This document shows, in pieces, positions 20,622-28,874 of a stretch of 32,000 nt of DNA (position 1 is the stretch's first letter; each line of letters opens with the position of its first letter). This DNA comes from Polynucleobacter necessarius (GTDB lineage: Bacteria; Pseudomonadota; Gammaproteobacteria; Burkholderiales; Burkholderiaceae), in NCBI RefSeq assembly GCF_900095195.1, contig NZ_LT606950.1:60001-92000 (forward strand). Direction: 5' to 3'. A program made the position numbers and the translations under genes. The notes under the pieces are model-generated. The model was not told the origin of the DNA, made no database searches, and saw nothing but the letters and a program-made list of their open reading frames with translations.

Positions 20622-21817
20622 TCAGGATTGCTCTAGATAGCGCTGCGCGAGCTTGACCCAGTAACTTGCACCCACTGGAATTAATGCATCGTTGAAATCG
20701 TAGGAAGGGTTATGGAGATGGCAAGGTCCCATGCCATGGCCAACGGAGCGGTGATCTCCATCGCCGTTACCTAAAAAGACATAGCATCCTGGCTTATCGA
20801 GCAGCATGAATGCAAAGTCCTCTGCACCCATGGTGGGATCAATTGCTGTATTGACATTTTGTTTGCCAACCAATTCGTTCATTACTCCACTGGCGAGCTC
20901 CACCTCTTTCTCATGATTAATGAGCGGCGGATAGTTACGATCAAATCGAATTTCTGCTTGGCAATCAAACGCGCTAGCAACACTATGGGCAATCTCGCGC
21001 AGACGTTGCTCAATCAAATCCAATACTTCCAACGTAAAAGTACGCACAGTACCGCCAATAAACGCGTTGTCTGAAATCACGTTGCTAGTCTCGCCCGCAT
21101 GAAATTGCGTTACCGAAAGAACTGCTGCATCAACAGGTCGTTTATTGCGTGTAATGATGCTTTGTATGGCAAGTACCACTTGCGCCCCAGCAAGAACGGG
21201 ATCGGCACTATTGTGAGGGAGGGCGGCATGACCACCTCTGCCAGTAATCGTGATCTCAAACGAATTGCTAGAAGCCATCATGGGCCCAGCCGTTACTCCA
21301 AAATGGCCCGCGGATAATCCTGGCCAATTATGAAGACCAAAGACAGCATCGCATGGAAATTGTTCAAACAGACCATCCTTGATCATTTCTCGCGCACCTG
21401 CACCACCTTCTTCGGCTGGCTGAAAAATAAAAATCACCGTACCGCTGAAGTCACGATGATTAGATAAATACTGTGCAGCACCCAATAACATTGCCGTGTG
21501 ACCATCGTGACCGCATGCATGCATCTTTCCGGGATATTGGGAGGTATGGGAAAAATTATTATGTTCTTGTAGTGGTAACGCATCCATGTCGGCGCGCAAA
21601 CCAATCATTTTTCTGGACCAAGATCACCATCCAATCTTTCAACAACGCCAGTTTTGCCCATGCCACGAAATACCGTGATTCCCCAACTGGAGAGTGCCTC
21701 TGCGACTAAATCGGATGTGCGTGTTTCTTCAAAACGCAATTCTGGATACGCATGAATATTGCGTCGAATTTCTTGAATCGTCTCTGCAGATTCAATGATT
21801 TCAGGAAGTAAATGCAT
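20622..21817 (-). pseudogene. M20/M25/M40-family amidohydrolase (hippurate hydrolase / N-acyl-amino-acid amidohydrolase type), single frameshift
   Basis: N-terminal ORF 21605-21817 reads ..IRRNIHAYPELRFEE..GKTGVV..LDGDLGPEK*. ORF 20622-21608 continues MIGLRADMDALPLQE...HACGHDGH... The two parts join across a 5-nt homopolymer (21608-21612) with a 1-nt frame offset. Confidence 0.8.
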
Positions 21818-21855
21818 CCTTTCATCTTAGCCCAAAGTAGGCTGTAGTGCATGAA

Positions 21856-22582
21856 TTACGGGGTTTTACGCTGGTAACTGAATGTGCTGCGCAGCAAATT
21901 CAAGCGCTTCAATAGCGTATGGGCTGTTGTCAGCCTTTTAAGTCCGGAAGGTAATGTCGGAATTAACCCTAAAAACGGGGCATCAATTTTGGCGCGAAGC
22001 GTTTCGATATTTTCGGATAAAAACGGCATCTCGGGGGCGATTATATTTCCAATCCAGTCGGCAATATTGAGATGGCGCAAATGGATTGCTTCAGCAGTTA
22101 GTGATGCATGATTAATGCAACCCAATTTCATACCTACAACCAAAGTGATGGGAAGACCGATTTGCTGGGCAAAATTCCCTAAGTCTTCATGCGTATTGAG
22201 TGGCGTTAAAAAGCCGCCCGCTCCCTCCGTGATTACAGCAATCGCATTGCTGCTGAATTGATCTAAACGAATGCAATATGACATTCAGTTTTAAATCGAT
22301 GCCTTTAGATTTGGCGACGATGTGAGGCGCTGCAGGAGTATTCAGCACATAGGGGCAAAGGGTTAGCTCTTGATTATGGTTGCCCAAGGCAACCCGAAGG
22401 GTTTCGATATCCTCGTTGAGTAATTGACCCTCATTTCCTAAGTATGTTCCGGCAACTACGGGTTTGAAGCCAAGTACTGATTTACCCTGCTCTCGGAGTT
22501 TGACAATGAGGGCTCCCGATACCAATGTTTTACCAACTTCAGTATTGGTGCCAGTAATAAAGTATCCAGAGTGGTTACTCAT
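21856..22582 (-). pseudogene. bioD: Dethiobiotin synthase, frameshifted
   Basis: ORF 22187-22582 has the N-terminal P-loop-like FITGTNTEVGKT. ORF 21856-22284 carries ..AIAVITEGAGGFLTPL.. and the C-terminal half in another frame. The frame change lies within ~22250-22285. The ATG overlaps the bioF stop (ATGA). Confidence 0.85.
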
Positions 22583-23819
22583 AAAATTTTTTCAATAACG
22601 TGTTGTTCAATAGATTGCAACTTTTTGATCAAGCTGCGTAAATCATCTTCGCTATGGTTTGCAGAAAAGGTGATGCGCAAACGAGAGCTGCCGATTGATA
22701 CGGTTGGAGGTCGAATCGCTGGAATCTAATACCCAGCTTCATCCAATAGTTTTGCGGCTAGTAAAGCGTTGGCATTACTACTTAGGATCAGTGGCTGTAT
22801 GGCTGTACAGGAACTCACTTTTTCCCAAGTGGAAAACATCATCTCTTGTTGCCAGATATCAATTAAGCGATGAAGATGGTTGCGACGTCGCTTGCCTTCA
22901 TCCGATTCAATGATCTTTAGGCTTTTTAGCAATGCATGGGCGATAGCAGCCGGCGTTGCCGTGCTGTAGATGTAGGGCCGACCTTTTTGAATCAGCCATT
23001 CAATGAATGAATCTTGCGCACAAATAAAAGCCCCACTAATGCCGGCTGCTTTTCCTAGGGTGCCGATATAGATGATTCGCTCTGAATGAATATTTTTTTG
23101 TTCCAGAATGCCGTGACCTTGATCGCCTAAGACACCAAATCCATGGGCATCAACTATCAGTAAGAGTGCATCGTATTGTTCGGCAATTGCCAATAGTTTT
23201 TCAATGGGCGCAAGACCGCCATCCATGCTAAAAACACCATCCGTCACAATGATCCTGTGTGGTCGGATATCTTTTTTTAGTGAATCGTGCAAAGACTCTG
23301 GAGCGGTATGATAAAATAGGATAATCAAGGCATTTGTTTGAATGCTTGCTAAGCGAACGCCATCAATGAGTGAAGCATGATTAAGTCTTGCAGAGTAAAT
23401 GCTGGTATTTCCTTGGGGTGCCAGCCTTGCAAGTCCAGTGATGGCGGTTAAGTTCGAAAGATATCCTGTACTAAAAAATAGTGCCCGCGTATTGGGAATA
23501 TGCTTTTGTTGGAACGAGGCTAAGCGCTTTTCTAATTGTTCATGTGCAATGCTGTGGCCACTAATGAGGTGAGAGGCGCACTACCTGCACCATATTTCTG
23601 CGCGCCTTCGGATAGGGCATGCGTAATTTCTGGATGGCTTGCAAGACCAAGATAGTCATTGCTACAAAATGCTTTCAGTTTGCGATTTTCAACTAGAGCA
23701 ACTGTGTCACATGCTGATTGAGTGGTGCGTAATTTACGCTTGAGTAATTGCTGATCTAAGTCGGCAAGTTGATTTTCTGCCAGATTTAGGGCTTTAAAGG
23801 TATTTAAGGAATTAGTCAT
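22579..23819 (-). pseudogene. bioF: 8-amino-7-oxononanoate synthase, one frameshift plus one in-frame stop
   Basis: N-terminal ORF 23532-23819 ends ..KYGAGS. The frame slips at ~23575-23582. The next frame reads ASHLISGHSIAHEQLEKRLA...FSTGYLSNL...NHASLIDG and runs into ORF 22726-23328 (DAHGFGVLG, GTLGKAAG with the PLP lysine). A TAG at 22726-22728 replaces the Trp of the family motif GxW..AIRPPTV. The same frame continues [29 protein letters not shown]... to the TGA at 22579-22581. Confidence 0.9.
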
Positions 23820-25160
23820 TTAATACATCATTCAATGCGCGTTGAATGGATTGCCCCATTTGTTGTGTCTCATGAGTCGAGAGAATATAAGGAGGCATGA
23901 CATAAATCGTATTGCCAATTGGTCTTATTAAAACACCCTCATTTAAACATTTGGCGAACATTTCACGAGGAAATACATGGATATTTTTAATGGCTGAGGA
24001 TTTGATATCAAAAGCCAAAATCATTCCTTGTTGACGCCAATGCTCAATTCGAGAATCCGATTTTGCCCAGGCAAATGCATTGGCTAATTCTTGAGCACGA
24101 ACCACATTTTTCTCGAGAACATTTTCAGTTTCAAACTGGTTCAGACAAGCTAACGCCGCCGCACAAGCCAGTGGATTACCAGTGTACGAATGGAAATGTA
24201 AAAATCTGTGTTTAGTCTGATCCTGATAGAAGGCGCGATAAATTTTTTCGGTTGTCATGCATAGCGATAGGGGTGGATAACCACCGCTAATTCCTTTGGA
24301 AAGCGTTAGAAAATCAGGCCAAATTTGGGCGTGTTCACACGCAAAGAATTTATCGCCACGACCGCATCCTACGGCGATCTGATCAGCGATCAGGTGAATT
24401 TGATAACGCTCGCAAAGATTTTTAACCCGCCGCAAATATTCTGGTGAATACATGGCCATTTGGCCAGCACATTGCACGAGTGGCTCAACAACAATGGCTG
24501 CAATATGCTCATGTTCTTTGGCAAATAATTGATCTATTTCCATGGCAGCTTTATTTGCAACTGCTTCTGCATTTTCGCCATTGATGGCTTTGCGCGCATC
24601 CGGTGACATTACGGTATAAACATCTTGCAAAAGTGAACCGTATGCTTCTCGAAAGATAACAACATCTGTTGCTGCAAGTGCACCAAGGGTTTCTCCGTGA
24701 TATCCATTTTCTAGGAAAACAAATTTTTTCTTTTGGGACTTGCCATTAGGTTGCCAATAGTGATGACTCATTTTGAGTGCTATCTCTATTGCGGAGGCGC
24801 CGTCTGATGCATAAAAGACGTGACCTAAATTGCCTTACGTCAGGGCAGTCAGTTTTTCAGAGAGCTCGACTACGGGTTGATGTGTAAAACCGGTGAGCAT
24901 GACATGCTCAATTTTTTCGAGTTGTGCGGTGATCGCGCTATTGATGTGGGAATTTGCATGACCAAATAAATTGGTCCACCACGAGCTAATGCAATCTAAG
25001 AGCGCGTTCCCTTGTTCGTTATAAAGCCAAGCCCCTTTGCCCATAGCAATCGCGACCAATGAAAAGGATTCGTGATGCTTCATCTGCGTGCAGGGATGCC
25101 AAACGGCATTTAGGCTGCGTTCAACGAGGCTGGCTTGATTTAAACCCGAATAACCTTCAT
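23812..25160 (-). pseudogene. bioA: Adenosylmethionine-8-amino-7-oxononanoate aminotransferase, in-frame stop (5' boundary uncertain)
   Basis: ORF 24835-25083 (..GAWLYNEQGNALLDCISSWWTNLFGH..) ends at a TAA (24835-24837). That stop is exactly in frame with GNLGHVFYASDGASAIEIALK and ORF 23812-24771 (..LTLSKGISGGY.., class-III aminotransferase). Family-typical residues SLNAVWHPCTQ lie upstream of the first in-frame start codon. The nearest upstream ATG (25158-25160) is out of frame. Confidence 0.85.
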
Positions 25161-25250
25161 GTTTGATATTTGACCACTAGTTTTTCCTGTTTTAGCCCTG
25201 TATCTGTTATGTTTATGTCTTGGAATCACCCTATTTTCTGGAATTTGCCC

Positions 25251-26286
25251 ATGTTGGACGCCCAAACCGCTGAAAAATCCCTTACCCAAGTCAAATCAAA
25301 GGCTGAATTACGCAAAGAACTTGATCTGGCTGGTGATTGGACCGTTGCCAAGGTTGAGGCTTTATTTGACCTCCCATTCAATGAATTAATGCTCAAGGCC
25401 CAGGAGACCCATAAGGCTTATTTCCCCGAGGGGGATGTGGAATTAGCCACTCTGCTGTCGATTAAGACCGGCGGCTGCCCTGAAGACTGTGGATATTGCC
25501 CTCAAGCAGCGCGCTATGACACCGACGTGAAGGCGGAAAAGTTGATGGGGCTAGAAGATTTTGGAGGCCGCGAAGGCGGCAAAAGCAGCAGGCTCCAATC
25601 GTTTTTGCATGGGGGCCGCTTGGCGCGAACCCAAGGATCGTGACATCGAAAAAGTGACGGCAATGGTTAAAGGCGTAAAAGCATTAGGCCTTGAGACCTG
25701 TGCAACATTGGGTATGCTGGAGGCAGATCAAGCACAAGCGTTATCCGACGCAGGTCTTGATTTTTATAATCACAATCTCGATACCAGCGAAGATTTTTAT
25801 CGCTCAGTCATTTCAACGCGTGGTTATCAGAATCGTTTAGATACGATTTCAAACGTACGATCTGCGGGCATGTCAGTGTGTTGCGGTGGCATTGTTGGCA
25901 TGGGAGAGTCTCGTGAACAGCGCGCAGCATTCTTAACGCGTTTAGCGAATTTAAGTCCCCATCCTGAATCGGTTCCGATTAATCATTTGGTTCCTGTAGC
26001 GGGCACTCCGTTAGCGGAACAAAAGCCATTAGATCCACTTGAGTTTGTGAGAACCATTGCGGTTGCTCGTATCACGATGCCAAAAGCACGCGCGCATTTA
26101 TCGGCTGGCAGACAAGAGCTTGGTAGGGCTGTTCAGGCTATGTGTTTCCTGGCTGGCGCAAACTCTATTTTCTATGGTGAGCAACTACTCACTACCGGTA
26201 ATCCTGAGGCAGAGCAAGACCGTGCGCTCTTGGCTGAGCTTGGCTTAAAGACAAAACAAAGCTGCAAAGCAGAGGTTTTGGTCTAG
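25251..26286 (+). pseudogene. bioB: Biotin synthase (radical SAM), single frameshift
   Basis: ORF 25170-25643 contains the CxxxCxxC cluster motif ([12 protein letters not shown]) and ends out of frame after ..KLMGLED. ORF 25561-26286 continues (L)[27 protein letters not shown]...YNHNLDTS... The 1-nt offset is at ~25558-25561. The start at ATG 25251 is my choice among the in-frame candidates. Confidence 0.9.
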
Positions 26287-26300
26287 AGATTTTCCTGCCA

Positions 26301-26930
26301 ATGTCACCGGTTGATCGCCTGATTATTGAGTTTGATACCGCCTTGCGGTCTATTGTTGGCGGCGCAAATGCCAGCCGTCCCATACCGGAATCTCAGTCGA
26401 CTACAAAACATATTCTTGATGCTGCTGAGCGTAAACATGCAGCAGGATTAATGCGTGTGAATCATGTTGGTGAAGTTTGCGCACAAGCACTTTATCAATC
26501 ACAAAAATTGGTAGCACGCGATCCTCAAATTCGAAAGATGCTTGAACATTCTGCGCAAGAAGAAATGGATCACTTGGCGTGGTGTGAAACTCGCCTCAAA
26601 GAATTGGATTCACATACAAGTTATCTCAATCCCTTTTGGTATGCAGGATCTTTTGCAATTGGTTTGTTTGCAGGTTTAGCTGGCGACAAATGGAGCTTGG
26701 GATTTGTTGCGGAAACTGAAAATCAAGTTGAGGCACATCTGGAAAATCATCTTGAGAAACTGCCTTTAGAAGATCAGCGTTCACGAGCAATTGTTGATCA
26801 GATGCGCATCGATGAGATTGAGCATGGACAAGCTGCTTTACATGCTGGTGGAACAACTCTTCCAGACGCGGTTCAGAAAATCATGCAAACCGTTTCGCAG
26901 GTCATGACTACCACTACATACAAAATTTAA
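26301..26930 (+). CDS. coq7: Demethoxyubiquinone hydroxylase Coq7 (di-iron carboxylate type)
   Basis: 209 aa with ..[14 protein letters not shown].. and the paired ExxH iron ligands ([15 protein letters not shown]) typical of Coq7. Confidence 0.9.
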   Translation: MSPVDRLIIEFDTALRSIVGGANASRPIPESQSTTKHILDAAERKHAAGLMRVNHVGEVCAQALYQSQKLVARDPQIRKMLEHSAQEEMDHLAWCETRLKELDSHTSYLNPFWYAGSFAIGLFAGLAGDKWSLGFVAETENQVEAHLENHLEKLPLEDQRSRAIVDQMRIDEIEHGQAALHAGGTTLPDAVQKIMQTVSQVMTTTTYKI

Positions 26931-27161
26931 TTTAGATTGAACGGGATTTAAATTTTTAGAAATATTTATTGCTTAATTTATTAAATATTGGACATAAATA
27001 CAGTATTTTTTGGATTATTAGGTGATATATCTAAGATGCCATCTTAAGTATATTTTCTAAGCTATTGTTTCAAGTAGCTATTTTATTACAAAGATTTTAT
27101 GAACATACGATGCTAAGTGTTTGTAAACATTAGAGAAATTCCTAAAAATACCCAAAAACAC

Positions 27162-27190
27162 TTGACCCTATTATGGCGATCCTCTAAAGT
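27162..27190 (+). promoter_or_regulatory. Candidate sigma70 promoter of the dcw cluster (Pmra-like)
   Basis: TTGACC (27162-27167), a 17-nt spacer and TAAAGT (27185-27190) lie about 30 nt upstream of the mraZ start, at the end of a long AT-rich spacer. Confidence 0.4.
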
Positions 27191-27213
27191 GGGAGGAAGT
27201 GTGAAAAAGTGGG
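27189..27213 (+). promoter_or_regulatory. Three direct MraZ-box-like repeats with 10-bp periodicity
   Basis: AAGTGGG (GTGGG at 27189), AAGTGTG (GTGTG at 27199) and AAGTGGG (GTGGG at 27209) are each spaced exactly 10 nt apart, immediately upstream of mraZ. This matches the TGGGN direct-repeat operator architecture described for E. coli MraZ. Confidence 0.55.
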
Positions 27214-27217
27214 GTAA

Positions 27218-27648
27218 ATGGTGTTTCAAGGTGCGTCAGATCTTAATTTGGATGCAAAAGGCAGGATGTCGATTCCGGCAAAGCATCGTGACGATCTTTT
27301 GGTTCAGGGTGAGGGACGTGTCACCCTGACAAAACATCCAGACGGATGCCTCTTGCTATTCCCAAGACCCGAGTGGGAAAGTTTTCGCGCGCGGGTTGCT
27401 CAGTTCCGATGGATGCGCATTGGTGGCGCAGAATTTTTCTTGGTAATGCTGCTGAAATGGATCTTGATAGCGCGGGTCGTGTTTTGGTAGGCCCTAAATT
27501 ACGTCATGCCGCAGGTATAGAAAAAGAAGTGATCTTGCTGGGTATGGGAAGTCACTTGGAGTTGTGGGACGCGGCTACGTATGCTGCAAAAGAGCAGGCT
27601 GCAATTGCACTAGGCATGCCTGAAGCACTCAAGCAATTTAATTTTTGA
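27218..27648 (+). pseudogene. mraZ: Transcriptional regulator MraZ, single frameshift between its two domains
   Basis: ORF 27218-27490 reads [25 protein letters not shown]...[16 protein letters not shown] and then goes out of frame. ORF 27346-27648 carries ..[45 protein letters not shown]... The 1-nt offset is at ~27401-27408. Confidence 0.85.
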
Positions 27649-27660
27649 TGACAGGGTGCT

Positions 27661-28611
27661 ATGAACAATACTCATCGCCCAGTGTTGCTGGCCGAGGCGG
27701 TGACGGCGCTGACCAATGGCCCGCTCATTCAACATCAAAACCCAACAGACCGCATCTTAATCATCGATGGAACATTTGGGCGTGGTGGTCACACACAAGC
27801 TTTACTCAAGCAGTTACCAGTGAATGCACGCATGATTTCGTTCGACAAGGATTTGGATGCGATCGCAGTGGCAAACAAAATCAACGATCAGCGCTTAACG
27901 ATAGTGCACGACAGTTTTGCATCCATGGATCAATATGCAGAAGCGGAATCCGTGGATGGAATTTTGTTGGACTTGGGAATCAGTTCACCTCAAGCAGACG
28001 AAGCACATCGGGGGTTTTCCTTTCGTCGCGAAGGACTGCTCGACATGCGGATGAATACCAATCAAGGTCAAACTGCTGCCGAGTGGTTAGTACTTGCATC
28101 GTTGGAGGAAATCACGCACGTGATTAAGACTTACGGTGAAGAGCGTTTTGCATTTCAAATCGCAAAAGCCATTGTGGCAAAGCGAGAAGAAGGTTTAGCT
28201 CCTAAAACAACGACGCAACTTGCCAATTTGGTTGCAAGTGTGGTGCGTACCCGTGAAGTGGGTCAAGATCCTGCCACTAGGACATTCCAAGCGCTGCGCA
28301 TTTTTATTAATTGCGAGTTAGAAGATTTGGAATTAGGACTTAAGGCTGCCTTGAAATTATTAAAGCCAGGTGCACGCCTTGCAGTCATTAGCTTTCATTC
28401 CCTAGAAGATCGGATTGTGAAGCAATTTTTGCAGTCTCATGCGAAGGTGGAGATCCCTCGTGGCCTGCCCGTTCGCGAAAAAGATTTACCTCAAAGCACC
28501 CTAGAGATTATTGGACGTATTAAGCCCAGTGAGTCAGAGGTTGTCGAGAATCCACGAGCACGCTCAGCGATTATGCGAGTAGCAGAAAAGCGTTTAGGGG
28601 TGTTGGCATGA
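27661..28611 (+). CDS. rsmH: 16S rRNA (cytosine1402-N4)-methyltransferase RsmH (MraW)
   Basis: 316 aa with [24 protein letters not shown] and [11 protein letters not shown]. Confidence 0.95.
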   Translation: MNNTHRPVLLAEAVTALTNGPLIQHQNPTDRILIIDGTFGRGGHTQALLKQLPVNARMISFDKDLDAIAVANKINDQRLTIVHDSFASMDQYAEAESVDGILLDLGISSPQADEAHRGFSFRREGLLDMRMNTNQGQTAAEWLVLASLEEITHVIKTYGEERFAFQIAKAIVAKREEGLAPKTTTQLANLVASVVRTREVGQDPATRTFQALRIFINCELEDLELGLKAALKLLKPGARLAVISFHSLEDRIVKQFLQSHAKVEIPRGLPVREKDLPQSTLEIIGRIKPSESEVVENPRARSAIMRVAEKRLGVLA

Positions 28612-28874
28612 ATCGTGCAACTCTAACCTTGTTGGCTTTGTTACTAATTTGTGCGTTGTCGTTAGTGGCTGCTCAGCAGCGTGCTCGTAAACTTTTTATC
28701 GCTCAAGAGCGTGCTCAAATTGAAGGGCGAAAATTGAATCAAGAATGGTTGCGGTTGGAGTATGAACAACGCAATCTTTCGAAGTCTGCCCGTATTCGTG
28801 ATGTTGCTCGTAATCAATTGCATATGGTGCCGATTTCTCCTGGGCGTACTTTGTACCTGAAGGAGGCGCAATGA
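28608..28874 (+). CDS. ftsL: Cell division protein FtsL
   Basis: 88 aa, with a single TM helix followed by a coiled-coil. It lies between rsmH and ftsI, with 4-nt overlaps on both sides. Confidence 0.85.
   Translation: MNRATLTLLALLLICALSLVAAQQRARKLFIAQERAQIEGRKLNQEWLRLEYEQRNLSKSARIRDVARNQLHMVPISPGRTLYLKEAQ

Noticed and set aside
20609-20626. A small hairpin (CCTGA-N8-TCAGG) between convergent ech and the M20 hydrolase
   Set aside because: The stem is only 5 bp with no T-run, and it overlaps the hydrolase stop codon. It is not a credible terminator.
25138-25185. A possible BirA-type operator (TTTAAACC ... GTTTGATA) in the bioA/bioB intergenic region
   Set aside because: It has only partial resemblance to the TTGTAAACC-N-GGTTTACAA-type inverted repeat I remember. 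The right half-site matches poorly at any spacing. This cannot be supported without comparative data.
26961-26989. An inverted repeat AATATTTA ... TAAATATT in the coq7-mraZ spacer
   Set aside because: The arms are pure A/T in an extremely AT-rich region, so this is expected by chance. The same applies to the TGTTT-GT-AAACA palindrome at 27117-27128 and the AGCTATT direct repeat at ~27060-27082.
20622-27648. The idea that the frameshifts are programmed recoding events
   Set aside because: I saw no slippery heptamer or downstream structure at the sites. The lesions are heterogeneous, co-occur with nonsense codons in the same genes, and affect unrelated families. Decay or sequencing error is the simpler explanation.
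27645-28127. A 160-aa + strand ORF overlapping rsmH in another frame
   Set aside because: rsmH in the neighbouring frame has all family motifs. The alternative frame is Arg/Ser-rich with no motif, so it is an alternate-frame artefact.
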